Origin: Zootoca vivipara
Taxonomy: Eukaryota
DNA: 64,000 nt
NCBI RefSeq assembly: GCF_963506605.1
Contig: NC_083287.1
Span: 57,660,001 to 57,724,000, forward strand
Reading direction: 5' to 3'
In this document: positions 21,239 through 35,085 of the stretch, one piece after another
How positions within the stretch are numbered: position 1 is the first letter of the stretch
Layout: every line of letters starts with the position of its first letter
Made by a program: the position numbers and the translations under genes
The notes under the pieces: model-generated
Databases searched by the model: none
The model's input: the letters and a program-made list of their open reading frames with translations, nothing else
Told to the model about the DNA's origin: nothing

Positions 21239-24200
21239 CTTCCTCCTCCCCAAAGACGGGCGCTGTGCAAGCACAGATTGGTGGGGGCTGGGCTTGGCCC
21301 TCCCCACAAAGGACCTCCCACACATAAACAGCCCCCGGTGGTGGGGCGAGGTGGTGGGGCTCATGCATGTATTGTGGACAGGAGAGCCCTCAGCCTGCAC
21401 CGACCCCCAACCCCCAAATCTTGAGACACGTGCAAAAAACACCTCTTTGCTCCTGCATCTCCTGGCACAGAAAAAGATTGATATTTCTTGCAGTGCCACC
21501 AGACTTCTCCCCCTAGAAGCTTGAGCCCGCGGGGGTGTCATTGTGCCAAGTGTATTTTCTTCATCCCTACAATCTCTCCCCCCGCCCCCATGTATCACAC
21601 CCTCCTCCCTCCACCCCAGGAACCAGCGGAACTGCTCGACTGCCTCGTGCAGCACAGATGTGGCGGAAACCTACGAAAGGGGCCATCCTGCGAGCAGACA
21701 GCGTCTCCAGACTGGCAGGCAGCAATGTTATAGGGCCTTCCTTTGAAAAGAGGACTCTGGAGAGGACTTGCTTTCTTCCCCTCCTTCCACATGCCTGCTG
21801 TCGCCTAGCAAATTCCAGCTGGGATCTCTTGCCTTCGGGGTCCAGAGTGGCAGGTGCAGGATGAGGACAACACCCTACGTTTTTAACTGGGAGATGCCTT
21901 AGCTGCCGTGCCGTGCGAGGCCAGCCAGAGTTGACCAGCACAAAGGAACCATGGGAACAGCTGCCGCTGGGCTCTGCAGGCAACGGGCTAACTGGGGATC
22001 TCGCTGCCTACCAGATCCCGGGCTCCTTTCCCTCGTTCGCCCTGTGCAACCGACTATACCGAATGCAGGAGATTCGGGTGATGAGGAACATTACCAGTCT
22101 GCTGCAGGAGCTACACCGATGGTTGGATTTTCCGGGGTGGGGTGGGTGGGGGTGGCGAACTTGTGCCAAGAACCCTTGCCCATAATCTCCATGCTCCCCT
22201 TTTGCTTCCTCGCAGGCAGAGCAGACTCTTGGCGCCTCTCCTGCCCGATGGAACTCTGCATGCTTTGCCTTTTCACGGAGAAGCGGGGCGGGTGGTTGAA
22301 GGAGGGAAAGACACCCCCCCCCAACCTCCAATGACTGGGAGAGGGGGGGGAGGACTTAAGCATGCTTCAGAAGCGGCGTGTTGCTACGGAGCGGTCCGGA
22401 TCCTGGGCGCAAGCAGCAAAGTCCACTCTGCGAGGAGAGCTGGGCTTCCTTTGTCTTCAGCCTGCGGATTGGGGAGGGGGTGCTGGTGGGAAGCAGCCCC
22501 TCCACAAGGCCGTCCAGTGAGCTCTGGGCAGCTGTGAAGAGGGGAGGTGGCTGCTCTGTCCCCAATCCTGGGTGCAACTGGTGGCCTAGAAGCACCCAAA
22601 GCTGCCTTCCCCAGGCCTGGTGCCCTCCGGGTGTTTTGGAGCAGAAACCCCATCTCCGCTGGGACTGAGTTGTGTTGCAAAACACCCGGAGGGAGGCCAC
22701 CAGGCTGGGACCAAGGCTGGTCTGTAGCGTAGGCGTGGATGAAGTATGGAAGCGTTGACCAAAGAGGAGGAGGAGTGGAGGGATGTCCAGGGGTCCCTCC
22801 CCTCGGGAAGGCTGGGTTGTGGGGCAGGAGAATCAGCCGAAGCACTTTACACGTGACCCCCGTTTGGCCCCCTTGACCTCGGTTCTGCCTTCTGCCATGG
22901 GGCTTGCCTCTCTGGCTTCCCCACTGTGTGTTGACTCTGGTCTGCAGAGACCGGGCTGGCTTGATGGGCTAGAGAGCTTGCTGCATTGGCTCAGTGGGCA
23001 GCCATGTTGGTTTTGGGGCGTGCCAGCCGGCTGCTTGTTCCTCCCCTGCTTTGCAAGCTCCCCTCGGGATGCCACCCCTTGGAAAAAGGACCCCAGGCAA
23101 CGAGAGGGGGAATCTGTGCCTTAAGCTCTCAGATCCCCGGCCCACTTTGTCGACCCATCCTGGTTGGAGGGTGGCATCGTGGCGGGGAGGGTGTTGACTG
23201 CACATAAAACCGGGTCGGGTGCTTTAGAAGCCGTGGGCAGGGCACAATCAGGTGGCAGAGGAGAGAGTTGTGGGGTATAAGAGGCATGAGAGCCCCACAG
23301 GAGTCCAGGCTCCCATAGCGGGGAGAAGGGGGGGGTGAAAACTGCATGCCCCAGACAACGCTGGCTCTTGAGGGGCTGCAGGCTGTCAGGTCGTCTTGGC
23401 CAGACTGTGCCCAGCTGAGGCCCAACAAGTGCTGTTGGATTCCCAGCTCCCGCCAGGCCCAGCAGGCAAAGGCTGGTTGAGATGCTGAAACTCTGTGTCT
23501 GGAGGGGAGGCCCAGATGTGGGGGGGGGCAAGGACCCCCGTGCCAGAAAAGTGCAAAATGCCCAAGGAGAAAGCGGGTGGAAAGAGAAGCATGAGAGAGC
23601 CAGGATCCATGCAACACAGCTGATAAAGTGATTGGATCGTCTAAGGTGTCTGCATTTCGCCATCCCTCTGGCTATCAGCCGTTTTTTGTGTGTGGCTTGG
23701 GGGGGGCAGTGCAAAGGGTTAACGTACTTATGTGCACAAACAAAGGGGCAGCTCCCTGTGGCTGCAGTGCAGGGGGAAAGCGGGACGCTGCCCCGACTCG
23801 TAGCAAGGCTGGAGAATTTATGTTCGGTCCTTTAGCATTTGGGGAATGGTTTGTTTCCCCCTCTCAAGGACCCGCTCTGGTGTCTCTGGGGGTGGGGGGG
23901 GAGTACCTCGGGTGCCAAGATGCAAGGGTCTCCTGCAGTCGGGAGGGATGCAGCCCTTGCCCCCAACCTCTGCACTGTGCAGCTTCCTGGCTCTCAGTAA
24001 AAGTCACCCCTTCCCCAGGAGGCTGGAGAAAAACCTGGGTCAGCTCTGGCCACAGGAATGTCAAACGCCTCCCCCCTCCAAGGCTCCTCCTCCAGGCTGG
24101 GCATTTGTTCCAGGCTAAGGCGACACTCCTAAACTACCTGAGCTGCTATGGAGGGATCCCGACTGGAGAAGGTAGCTCTCCTCTCTGCAGAGGGCAGTCT

Positions 24201-27200
24201 TGGAAGCTCACAAGGGCCCCTTCTTGCGCAGGGTTTTAGGGAAGCCCTTGGTGGCAATCCCAGGTCCAGGGCACCTGTGGGGAAAAGAGATGCTCTGCTT
24301 GTGCCTGGCGGATCTTTTTGGACTGGTGACTTAAATGCAATATTTGTGTTTGTTAGGAGGAGGCATGGGCGCTAACCCCTTTGGGGAGGAGGGAGCAGAA
24401 GAACAATTGTTGGGAGGGGGGGTTGTGGGCAATGGCAGCAGCCAAGGAAGCTCTTTTCGGTCCTTGTGTTTGTGTCCAGTTGTTTGGCCTTCACCTTGGT
24501 GTTCTGTGCTGTGGGGAGGGTTCTGGGGTGGGGCGGAACACGTTGGCACAGGTGTGCTTCCTTGGCATTTCCCCGGTTGCATGCTGAAACCCAGGCGGGT
24601 GGGCGTGAGAGGGGGCGGTGGCAGGGGGAGGCAGGAGCAGAGGGAGCTGGCTGCCAGCCTCTGCAGTGTGCTGTCTGCAAAACTATTCAGCTGGGGGAGG
24701 GGGTGGCCCAAGGATGCGGGAGGTGGGCTGCCCAGCTCCCTGCGCCAGTGTTTCCGCGCATCTCTGGCCCATTTAGAACCAGACAAGGTGGTACTTGGCT
24801 GTGACAGGAGCACCCTCCCCACTTCTAGTAGCACTGGCACCCCTGGTGCGGCCGCATAAGAACTTGCGCTCCTTTTTCTCCCTTCGGAGCTACCGGTGGC
24901 TGCCCAAGCCGCAGGTGGGGTGTCAGATAGACTGGACTCTTGTGTGCCCCAGTGAAATTCTGTTGCCTTTGGGGGGGGCTGTGTGTGCGTCTTGTTTTAC
25001 GGGGAGCCGTTTCCTCCCCACCCTGCCTTGCCATGCATTTTTGCTTACCCCAGCTTGCTTGAGCGTCCTCTTGACGCTCTCTGTCCTGCAGACGAAATGT
25101 CCTGAAGTGCCCTTGCCCTCTTGCTCATAGCCCAGATTAGGTAGGCAAAGGGGTCTTGGTGGGTGAACCGTCTTTCCTTGAGGCCTGGTTGCTTGGACCT
25201 TGTTGAGGAGTTTCTGGCTCCTCCTAACTTTACATTTTCCCCCTTGCCATCAGCGATACCCAGTCAGTTGTGTTTGGGGTGGTGTTAGTTCCTCGATTGA
25301 TGCAATACTTACCAAGAAGACTTCTGTTGCAGGCTCTGGGTCACTGGAATCCCACCCCCCTTGGTTCCTTGCGACCCATAGTAGCTTAAGTGTTTCTTTC
25401 ACAGCTGCAGAGAGACCCCGACTCACCAGGATCCCTGCTGCATGTTGCAGCCCCCCCCCTTGTGGTTCCAGGCAGCAGCCAGCAGGCTCTTAGCCCTCTT
25501 TCAACCTGGTTTTGCTTATAAGGAGCTTCACCAACTGGGCAGCAGCCTCGGAGTGTCCTCAGCATCGCACGTCTTGCTACCCCGTGGCCACTTCTTGGCT
25601 CCTGCTGCCTCCCTAGTTGCCGTCCCACCCGCATCCTGGACGGCTGTGTTACAGGCAGAAAATGCAACAGGCGAAGCTTATCGCATGCTGCTCAAGACTG
25701 CAGCTGCCAAATGTTGGCCTGTCACGGACCTGCTTATTGAGGAGTGAAGGGGGAAACTGGTGTGGGCAGACGATGGGGTCTTGCTTGTGCCGTTCCCTGC
25801 TGCTCCTTACAGTCCAACCGCAGGTTCCTCGCCAAGGCAGAATATCTGAGGATATGAAGGGGGGGGGGACCACAAACCCCATGCCAATACTTAAGCAAGT
25901 GTAACGGGAAGAGAAGGAGGGTTGTTGGCTGGGTCGAAGTGGTCCTCACTTCTTCCTGCCCTGCAGTTTGACAAACAGGATGAACTGAGCAATGGCTGGG
26001 CGCGTGGGATCCTTGGAAGAAAGAGTGCAAGACGACCAGGTGGTTCTGAGCACCCCCTGCGCCAAGTCCAGCCTTTAAGTGCTTCAATTAGAACCTCCCT
26101 TTTTGGATCTGCCTCCATCGTACATTTTAAACTGGCTCGGAACCTGTCTAACTGCCTTTGCACCTGAGTAGGAGACTTTCTGGGGTCCCAGTTTGGCTAG
26201 TTGTGACAAAGACCCATTGAAAGCGATGGGACTTTCATCCTTCACGAAAACTAGGCGACTCGGTTCCCCTCCCCCCCCTCAGTTGAGGTAAAACGTGTGT
26301 AAAGAAAATACAGTTTATATTACAATGACATTAACATCTCATAAACGCAGTAATATAAATCCTTGATGGACCAACCTGTCAATCGAAATTCCTCGGTGGC
26401 CGCCTTGTTGAAAACATAGCATTGCATTGTGATAGAGCTTTGATTTCTGATCTGCGGTTGCTTAAAGGAGAGCAAAAAGTGTCCCAAATGCACTTTGGGA
26501 AGTTTCCCAGTGAAGGCCTTCGACATTTTAAGCCTTCTCAGGTGGAAGATGCTGGAAATATTTGACTCGGGGAAGTTGATTTGTTGGGCATGTCATGGTG
26601 CTAGCAAACCAGAACTCCTTTGCATGTTGGAGCAAAGTGTATTGTGTTCTCCTTCATGTAGTTGCAAATCAGAAATCAAAGGCTATTGAACTGTGATGCT
26701 AGGTTTTTTTAACAAAGCCATCAATGAAGGTGTTACTTGGCCCATTAAGGATTTCCAGCAGCAGGTCTCTTTGTGATACCCCCCCCCCCGAAATAAAAAA
26801 CAATTATTTTCTCTGTGTGTTATTTTAACTCGGTTTCCCCAGCCCCAGTTCAGCAGGGCTTAAATCATGAGTTTGATCTGGACTGTTGCTTCTATGAAGA
26901 TGAGGCTTCCTAAAATATAAACCTCTACAAAATCTCACTTCTCCAGGATTCCTGTGCGCAGGACCTCCCAGTGGCTTAAACCGGTTTTGAACAGGCTTTT
27001 GTGCATCGCCAATGTAGGCCCTTGTAGCTTCTGTGCTTGTCTGTCGTTTTGTTCTGTGGCTTGGAGGGGGCGACTAGGCAGAGGCAGAAAAGGCCTGAGA
27101 GGCTGGGGATCTTTGGGGAGCAGCGTGGGCCCAGCCGATCTGGGGGAGAACCGCTTCCGGCCCTCCTCCGCTCTGGAGCTTGAAGCCAAAGCCTCGTGCC

Positions 27201-28039
27201 TGACACCCCCTTGCCCTGGACATTTGCAGTTTGGGCGCGGCAGATGAACCCACAAAAATTAAGTAGGATCGAAGAACACCATTGCCTTGCAGGATCAGAA
27301 CCAGGTCCCAACACTCTGTCTCCAGAAGAGACGAAAACCCACGAGCGAATAGCCCCGTTGTGTGCTGAAAATACTCTTTGTTCCTCCAGGACCCTCTGCC
27401 GACCGCTTGCATTGGACTTGCTTGACCCATCCGGATTTCAGCTGGACATTTGGGGGTGGGAGATCCCTGACCCCCCCTATAAATCATGACTCCCTCTGTA
27501 GCTTGGAGGAGGAAGGTTTCTATCTGGCAATGTTGGGTTCCTCCTAGTTCTGGCCCAGGCAGGCAACAGGCTGATGCAATGAGGTTGCAGTTGGGTGGGC
27601 GGCAGCCAGCCTGGAGAGGGAGACGGGTGGACAAGCCAACATTAGTTGGCTGGAAACATTTCTGTGACATTGCCAGAAAGCCCCCCCCCCCGCCTTGCCC
27701 TCTCCTTGCCCCCCCTCCCCCTGCCTCCTCCATGAGTTGCCTCCTTTTACGACATGTCAATAACTTCATCCCCATTAACCCAGACGGGCCCCTTAGGGCT
27801 ATTCCAGATGTATTATTATAATAATTATTATGTTTTATTATTATTTTCTGAGCTATGTTTGTTTGCAATAAAGGCTTTCTTACAGTTGCTGGAGCGAGCG
27901 TCCTGCTTGTGTGCGAGACACTGGAACGGTCTTGTGGGTAGAAGACATAGAGCCCTAGAATTGTAGGGTTGGAAGGGAACCTGGGGGGTCATCAAGTCCA
28001 ACCCCCTGCAATGCAGGAATTGCAACTCAAGAATCCCTG

Positions 28040-28468
28040 ACAGATGGAACTGTGCCCCCGAAGGAGCAGGTGCACAGTCCATGGAGGCTCAGGTCAGTTC
28101 TGTATCCAGGGCAGCTGTTTACCAGCTCCATCTGATACGCAGGATGAGACCCTACCTGCCCGCGGACTGTCTCGACAGAGTGGTGCACTGAGGTCCAGTG
28201 CCAAGGGCCTTCTGGTGGTTCCCTCACTGAGAAGCAAAGCTACAGGGAACCAGGCAGAGGGCCTTCTCAGTAGTGGCGCCCACCCTGTGGAACACCCTCC
28301 CGCCAGATGTCAAGGAAAATACACCTGAAGGCAGCCCTGTTTAGGGAAGTTTTTAATATTTGATGTTTTATTGTGCTTTTAATATTTTGTTGGGAGCCAC
28401 CCAGAGTGGCTGGGGAAACCTAGCCAGATGGGTAGGTATAAGTAATAAATTATTATTATATTATTATC
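28040..28468 (+). mobile_element. L2 LINE 3' fragment (internally deleted) with (TTA)n tail
   Basis: Shares sequence with the L2 at 48612-49400 (gaaggcagccctgtttaggg...ccagagtggctgggg). Confidence 0.8.
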
Positions 28469-28657
28469 ATCCAACCCTCTTATTAAAAAAACCCTAATGA
28501 AGGATAGCCTACCACCTTCCGAGGGGGTCCTTTCCACTGTCAAACAGCTCTTAATGTCAGAAAGCTCTTCCTAAGGTTCACTCAGAATTCCCTTTCTTCG
28601 AATCCATCGGTTTGGGTTCTCCCCCCTGGAGCAGCAGAAAAACCTTATTTGCTATTT

Positions 28658-28987
28658 GGTGCGTGGCGCTGTGGTCTAAACCAGAGCCTAGAGCTTGCTG
28701 ATCAGAAGGTTGGCGGTTTGAATCCCCGCAACTGGGTGAGCTCCTGTTGTTCAGTCCCTGCTCCTGCCAACCTAGCAGTTTGAAAGCATGTCAAAGTACA
28801 GCGGGAAGGTAAACGGCGTTTCCGTGTGCTGCTCTGGTTCGCCAGAAGCGGCTTTGTCATGCTGGCCACATGACCCGGAAGCTGTCTGCGGACAAACGCT
28901 GGCTCCCTCGGCCTATAGAGCGAGATGAGTGTGCAACCCCAGAGTCGTCTGCGACTGGACCTAATGGTCAGGGGTCCCTTTACCTTT
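28658..28987 (+). mobile_element. Sauria SINE
   Basis: tRNA head with B box and ...ggggtccctttaccttt tail; reverse complement of 1544-1906. Confidence 0.9.
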
Positions 28988-29341
28988 ATAACATAAAAAT
29001 AAGATGGCACTTACTTTTAGGCTAGGTTGGTCCGTTCTCCAAGAGCTTTGAGGAATACCAAGGTGCAACTTCCCTCAAATTATGGCACTGCCTGGGTAAC
29101 CTGCACACCACAAATGCTCCGATAGGAGATGAGGGGCTCCCAGGAAATATTTTACTGCATTTACACCCCACCTTTTTCTCTAAGAAGCTCAAAGTGGTGT
29201 ATGCGTATTATTATTATTTAGAAGACATCTGAAGGCAGCCCTGTTTAGGGAAGCTTTTAATGTTTAGCAGACCATTGTATTTTAATATTTTGTGCCCAGA
29301 GTGGCTGGGAAAACTCAGCCAGATGGGCAGGGCATAAATAA

Positions 29342-29387
<46 letters not shown>

Positions 29388-30519
29388 ATTCGTGGTTCTC
29401 CACCTCCTCCTTGAATCCCCTTAACAACAAACCTTGCAAGGTAAGTTAGGCTGGGAGTTGGTGAACGGCCCGAGTCCACACTCCGCGACCTTCATCCCCA
29501 ACTGGGGATTTGAACCCCTGCCTCTCCCGGGTCCTGGCCTGCCCCCCCAAACCACTAGGCAACATTGCCTCTCTCCTGGAAAGAAGATGGGACATTCTAC
29601 CTAGGCAGGGAATGGGGTCTTAATGGACGTAGGCAGCTGCCCCATCTTGGGAAGAAAATGTCATGAGATGAAGTCCAGGAATCTGGGTGGATGAGCTCGG
29701 AATCCCAGGACCAAGATTTTCCTTTGGATCTGCTCCTTCCAAGGTGGTTCCCCGGATTACATTTTGGAGAGGGGTGTTGCTGCAGCGTTGGCTGATGGAG
29801 CATTCAGTGGCCGCCCACCGAGAGGAAAGTTGCGTTTCCTTCCCCCCCACTGAGATTTAATCTCTGCGTGGGAATCAGGGAAGCTCTTGAACGCTTCCTG
29901 TATCTCAATGTGTGTAGCGACCTGTTTCATAAAGTGAATAAGACTCGTTTCAACGCTTCCCCTGATGCTCGCTGCTACATGGGGCAGCTTCACTCTGCAT
30001 TTATGGCCTGGTGATTTATGGCTTCTTATGTGGGATTTGAACTTTGCTGGATAAGGCCAAATACCCATCTAATCCACCATTTTCCATTTTCCTGGCCTCA
30101 CAGTGGCCAACGGATGCCACAAGCAGGATTTGAGCACAAGAGCAACTCCCCCCCCCCTTCCTGGGGTTTCCTGCAGTTGGGATTCAAAAGCATTGCTGAC
30201 TCAGACTGTGGAGGCAGCGCATAGCCATTGTGGCTAGGAACCATCGAAAGCCTTCTCCTCCCTGAATTTCTCTGATTTTTTTAAGCCATCTCGGTTGGCC
30301 TCACTGTCTCTTGTGGGAGGGAGTTCCACAGTTTAACTAGTAGGCAGTAAGGTAAAGGACTCCTGGATGGTTAAGTCGAGTCAAAGGCAACTCGGGTTGC
30401 AGTGCTCATTTCGCTTTCAGGCCAAGGGACTTCTGGCGCAACAGGACACCGTGACGGAAACCAGAGCACAAGGAAACGCTGTTTACAGGTTTTCTTAAAA
30501 AAAATTAAAAACTTTCAAA

Positions 30520-30688
30520 TCCTTCGACGATCAGCCTTCTTGATGGTCCAGCTCTCACTTCCATACATCACTACTGGGAAAACCATAGCTTTAACTATAT
30601 GGCCCTTTGTCGGCAATGAGATGTTTCTGCTTTTTAACATGCTGTCTAGGTTTGTCATTGCTTTTTTCCCAAGAAGCAGGTGTCTTTT
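30520..30688 (-). mobile_element. BovB (RTE) fragment
   Basis: ORF 30515..30718 (LLLGKKAMTNLDSMLKSRNI...VVMYGSESWTIKKADRRRI) matches the BovB at 60286-61510. Confidence 0.9.
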
Positions 30689-30694
30689 GACAAT

Positions 30695-31031
30695 AAAGGT
30701 AATGGGACTCCTGACCATTAGGTCCAGTTGTGACCAACTCTGGGGTTGCAGCGCTCATCTCGCGTTATTGGCCGAGGGAGCCGGCGTACAGCGTACAGCT
30801 TCTGGGTCGGGCCAGCATGACAAAGCCGCTTCTGGCAAACCAGAGCAGCACACGGAAACACTGTTTACCTTCCCGCTTGGAGCGGTACCTATTTATCTAC
30901 TTGCACTTTGACGTGCTTTCGAGCTGCTAGGTTGGCAGGAGCTGGGACCGAACAATGGGAGCTCACACCGTCAAGGGGATTCGAACCGCCGACCTTCTGA
31001 TCAGCAAGCTCTAGGCTCAGTTTAACCCACA
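30695..31031 (-). mobile_element. Sauria SINE (5'-truncated)
   Basis: Homologous to 1544-1906. Confidence 0.88.
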
Positions 31032-31156
31032 ATAGGGGTGTCCTATTTAATAACAATAGCAGCAATTTATTTAAAGCCTGCATATCCAACTGGGTTGTGC
31101 CAGCCTCTCTAGGTTACCCCAGCTTCCAACATACGTATATAAAAACATAATAAAAC

Positions 31157-31157
<1 letters not shown>

Positions 31158-31226
<69 letters not shown>
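31158..31226. repeat. (TA)n microsatellite
   Basis: Read directly from the sequence. Confidence 0.97.
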
Positions 31227-31230
<4 letters not shown>

Positions 31231-31324
31231 TTCCCTATCCAGGGCTGCCAGATGTCTTCCAAAGGTTGTATAGTTTTATACTGTAGTTACTTATTTCCTC
31301 GGCTTGGGGGTCAGAAAGCTCCAT

Positions 31325-31609
31325 ACACTCAGGTCCAGCTCTGAGTCTTCTGCTGGTTCCCTCCCTGCGAGAAGTGAGGTTACAGGGAACCAGGCAGAGG
31401 GCCTTCTCAGTAGTGGTGCCCGCCTTGTGGAACGCCCTCCCATCAGATGTCAAGGAAATAAACAACTATTTGACTTTTAGAAGACATCTGAAGGCAGGCC
31501 TGTTTAGGGAAGTTTTCAATGTCTGGTGTTTTAATGTATTTTTAATCTTTTGTTCGAAGCCCCCCAGAGTGGCTGGGGAAACCCAGCCAGATGGGCAGGG
31601 TAGAAATAA

Positions 31610-31663
<54 letters not shown>
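31325..31663 (+). mobile_element. L2 3' end with (TTA)n tail
   Basis: ORF 31374 RAFSVVVPALWNALP...FRRHLKAGLF is the L2 ORF2 C-terminus. Confidence 0.88.
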
Positions 31664-31666
<3 letters not shown>

Positions 31667-31879
31667 CTCCAACATTTCTCTGATGAAAATAGGGACGCCC
31701 TAAGGGAAAATGGGACATTCTGAGATCAAATCAGAAACTGGGGCGGCTTCTGTAATTCCGGGGCTGTCCCTGTAAAAAAGGGACCCTTGGAGGGTCTGAA
31801 ATTCATGGAAGAGGAGCGGACTGTAGATGGTTTCTAGCCAGGATGGCTGTGCTGTGACTCCACAGTCCGAGTTCTAGTT

Positions 31880-31980
31880 TCAGTGTGTCCGAAGAAGTGT
31901 GCATACACACGAAAGGCTCACACCAATGACAAACTTCGTTGGCCTCTAAGGTGCTACTGGGAGGAAATTTTTCATTTTGT
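31880..31980 (+). mobile_element. Penelope-like terminal fragment
   Basis: Reverse complement of part of the Penelope at ~52900-53000 (gaagaagtgtgc...ctctaaggtgctactgg). Confidence 0.7.
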
Positions 31981-32149
31981 TCAGAAGCGATCCTTCTGCA
32001 CGAAACCCCAGAAGGAGAGCGCTGCCCTTGTGTTCGAATCCTGCTTGCGGATTTCCAACTCTGGGCAGATCTATGCTGGACCAGATATGGGCCGTTGCTG
32101 GCCTGATCCAGGAGGCGCCTCCTATAAGTTCTTGATGCGAAGTCGTCTG

Positions 32150-32660
32150 CAAGAACAGCAAAGGCTGCGAGATTTCTCTGGCTGAGCTGAGCAAGTCGAA
32201 GAAGGCGAGGCGCAGGAGGTTTTCCCTGCGCACCAGGCGCGCAGGCGGGCCTCTGGGGAGACAGCTGAGCCACGCTCACCAACCATCCCTGGGATTTCGC
32301 AGCAGCAGCAGCAGAGTCTGCCCTCTCCTGCTTGCGGAGGAACTACACTTCCCAGGGTGCAGCGCCGGAGCGTAAATCTTCAAAGGCTAACAAAAGAGCA
32401 GCCGGCAAAGCTGACAGGCGGAGGGCAGAGGAGGAGGAGGAGGAGGAGGAGGAGGAAGGAGAGCGAGACCAGGGCGAGGAGAGCACAACAGCTGGCCTCT
32501 CCTGCGGCCCAGGGAGGGCGGATCGCGGCCTCTGACAGCTGGGTGGGGTGGGGGGTTTGGAGGGGGAGAAGCTGCCCCCTCTCCTGCCCCTGCCACCCCG
32601 GCTGCTTGCTGCAAAGGGAGCTCTGGAGGATGGCCGGAGGGAGCCTGGCTCAGGTAGGCC
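32150..32660 (+). promoter_or_regulatory. CpG-rich promoter/5' UTR of REPIN1
   Basis: CpG cluster, ZNF143/THAP11 motif ACTACACTTCCCAGGGTGC at 32342-32360, (GGA)n leader ending in the ATG exon. Confidence 0.75.
32630..32653 (+). CDS. REPIN1: REPIN1 first coding exon MAGGSLAQ
   Basis: Kozak aggATGG and CAG|gtaggc phase-0 donor, compatible with the KRAB-A exon. Confidence 0.75.
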
Positions 32661-34188
32661 CTGCAGAGAGAGAGAGAGAGAGACCTCCAGCATCCTGTTT
32701 TCTTCCGACTGGCAGCCTGATCTCTCTCTCCCACCCACCCCCCCTCCTGCAAAAAGGGGCTCAGGGGTTGGGGTTGGGGTGCAGAATCCGGATCCGTCTC
32801 CTCCTGCGGGGAGAAGATCAAATTACAGCCTCTTGAGCCGCTGCCAGCCCCCCACCCCCACCCCACCCGCAGCTATTCAATGCTGCTTTGGGGTTTCTTA
32901 AAAGGCACGCAAGGGGGGGAACCCCCCACCTTACCCCCACCCCAGACTTCCTGCTTTTCATACGGAGGAAACCGCCCCCCCGGGCAGTGCCCGTCTCAAT
33001 GCGTTTTGGCAGCAACAGCAGCAGCAGAGCTTAAAATGACCCCCACCCCACCCCACCTGCGCGGCTCTGCCCCAGATTTAAGGGGCTCCGCAGAGGGGTG
33101 CAAAGGCAGCCCCTATGGGACCCCGATCTCCCCGTCAAACTCAAGGGGTGATGGATGGATCTGCGTTAGAAGCAGCAGCAGCAGCGAGGGGCGTTGGGAT
33201 GAAATGAGACCCCAGGGGGCCCTTCAGAAGGGGAGACCCCCCCCCTTAATTTCTTACTCCCATCCAAACCACGGGTTTCATTTCTGGGTAAAGGCAACCC
33301 ACCCAGCCATGCCACCATCTTCAAAGGAATCGGGTGCTTGACGGTGCCCTAACCTGCAGGCAGGCCAGGGCAGCTGGAAAAAAAGAGGTGGAGGGGTCCC
33401 CCTGGCATATTTTTCCCCCACCCCCCAAATATCAGAAACTAGCCCCCTCTCCCTCCCCCCAAAAAGGTCAGAGTTAATTCCCCAAAGCCCAGTGCCGGTT
33501 CGGCTTGAATATTATTGTTGATCGTCTGAGAAAGGGCTCCCACGGGGGCGGATCAGCTGGGAAAAAAGCAGAGAAATATTGGGAAAGGCTTCTGAAGCCC
33601 CCCCCCCCCCGTCTCCTCGCCATGGCCCTGTGAGTGACAGGTGTCCCCCCTCCCTGCAACGACCACAGAACCTTTTGTTTGTTCACAAGGTCGAGGCGGT
33701 CCCGGCGGGCCACTTGAGTGCCACACACCTGTCGCGGTGACGGGGACCGGGCTCTGTGGCAGAGCTGCGCTTTCTATGCAGAAGGCTCACTCCCCGATGG
33801 CATCGCCAGGTAGGACTGGAAATGCCCACCCCCTTGCCCAAAACCCCAGGAATAAAAGAGAGGGGGACAGAGAGAGAGCCCCGAGGCAGCGCCAAGCTTA
33901 GATGATGCCCCAAGGGCCTGTCTCCGTGCTCTGTGGCAGGACAGTTGCCCTGCATGCAGAACATCCCAGACTCCGTCCCCAGGCAGGGCTAGGAAACCCG
34001 GTTCACGGGCAGGCTGTCCTTGGGCGAGAAGGGGCCACAATCGGTGGCCTCTGCGGCCCCCGGAATGCGTGGTCCTTCCTCCAGGATGGGATTCGGCTGG
34101 CCAGGGTTGGTGGCAGCCCCTCCGGCGGTCTTCCCGAAACAGGGACGGATCCTGCGGTGCTGAGAGAGGGGGCTTCTCCTCGTTGCAG

Positions 34189-34315
34189 GTGCCCGTGGCC
34201 TTTGAGGACGTGGCGGTCTATTTCTCGCGCGAGGAGTGGGCACAGCTGGCAGAATGGCAGAAGGAGCTATACCAAGACGTAATGGCAGAGAATTACGAGC
34301 TGGTCTCCTCGCTGG
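34189..34315 (+). CDS. REPIN1: REPIN1 KRAB-A exon [42 protein letters not shown]
   Basis: Canonical 127-nt KRAB-A exon, ttgcag|GTG acceptor, G|gtaaag donor. Confidence 0.9.
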
Positions 34316-35085
34316 GTAAAGTCGACGTGTATACTGTGACTGGGTGGGCGCCAACTACCGACCTTAGACGTGGCGATTCCTGCTTTGCAAAGGGGGGGTT
34401 GGACTAGATGACCCCTGGGGGTCCCTTCCAATTCTATGACGTCCGGACAGAAAGAGCTGTTCGACCGGGGAACAGGCTCCCAGGGATGGGCGGCAGGCTC
34501 TCCTTCGTTGGGGGTTTGTAAGCAGAGGTTGGGTGGCCTAGGGTCAGGGATTCAGAGACATGAGGACTAGAACCTTGCTGGTTTCAGTAGGAAGGGCTGC
34601 AGCTCAGAAGGCCCCAGCTTCCATCCCCTCCCCAGTTAGGGCTGGGAAGGCTCCTTGCCTGAAAGCCCAGAGGAGCTGCTGCAAGCCAGTGCAGACAGTA
34701 CTGTGCTAGATGGGCCAATGGGCCTGACTTTCTAGTTTAGAGAAAAGGTGAGGAAAACGCAACAGAAGAGGGGTAAAGAGAGGGCGATGGAGGGCTACCA
34801 GCCAGGACGGCTGTGCTCTGCCTTCATAGTCGGCTGAACCATTAGGGCTCTTCTGACCAGTAGGTCTATTACAATAGCAGAACCTCCCTATCCAGGAGCA
34901 GTCTACCTCTGAATAACTAGATAATGGGGAACAACAGTTGGGAGAACATTGCTGCCCTCAGGTCCTGCTCTTGGGTATCTGTTTGGCCATTGTGGAAACA
35001 GGATGTTGGACCCCGGGGGGGGGGCTCTTTTGTGTTGTTCTACCCCCCCAACTAACCCCCTGCCTCTTGCTACTGTCCTTTGCAG

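Noticed and set aside
19937-21655. 572-aa antisense ORF (also 37681-38598 and 50344-51939)
   Set aside because: Shadow ORFs expected opposite GC3-rich zinc-finger codons; no domain or independent gene signals.
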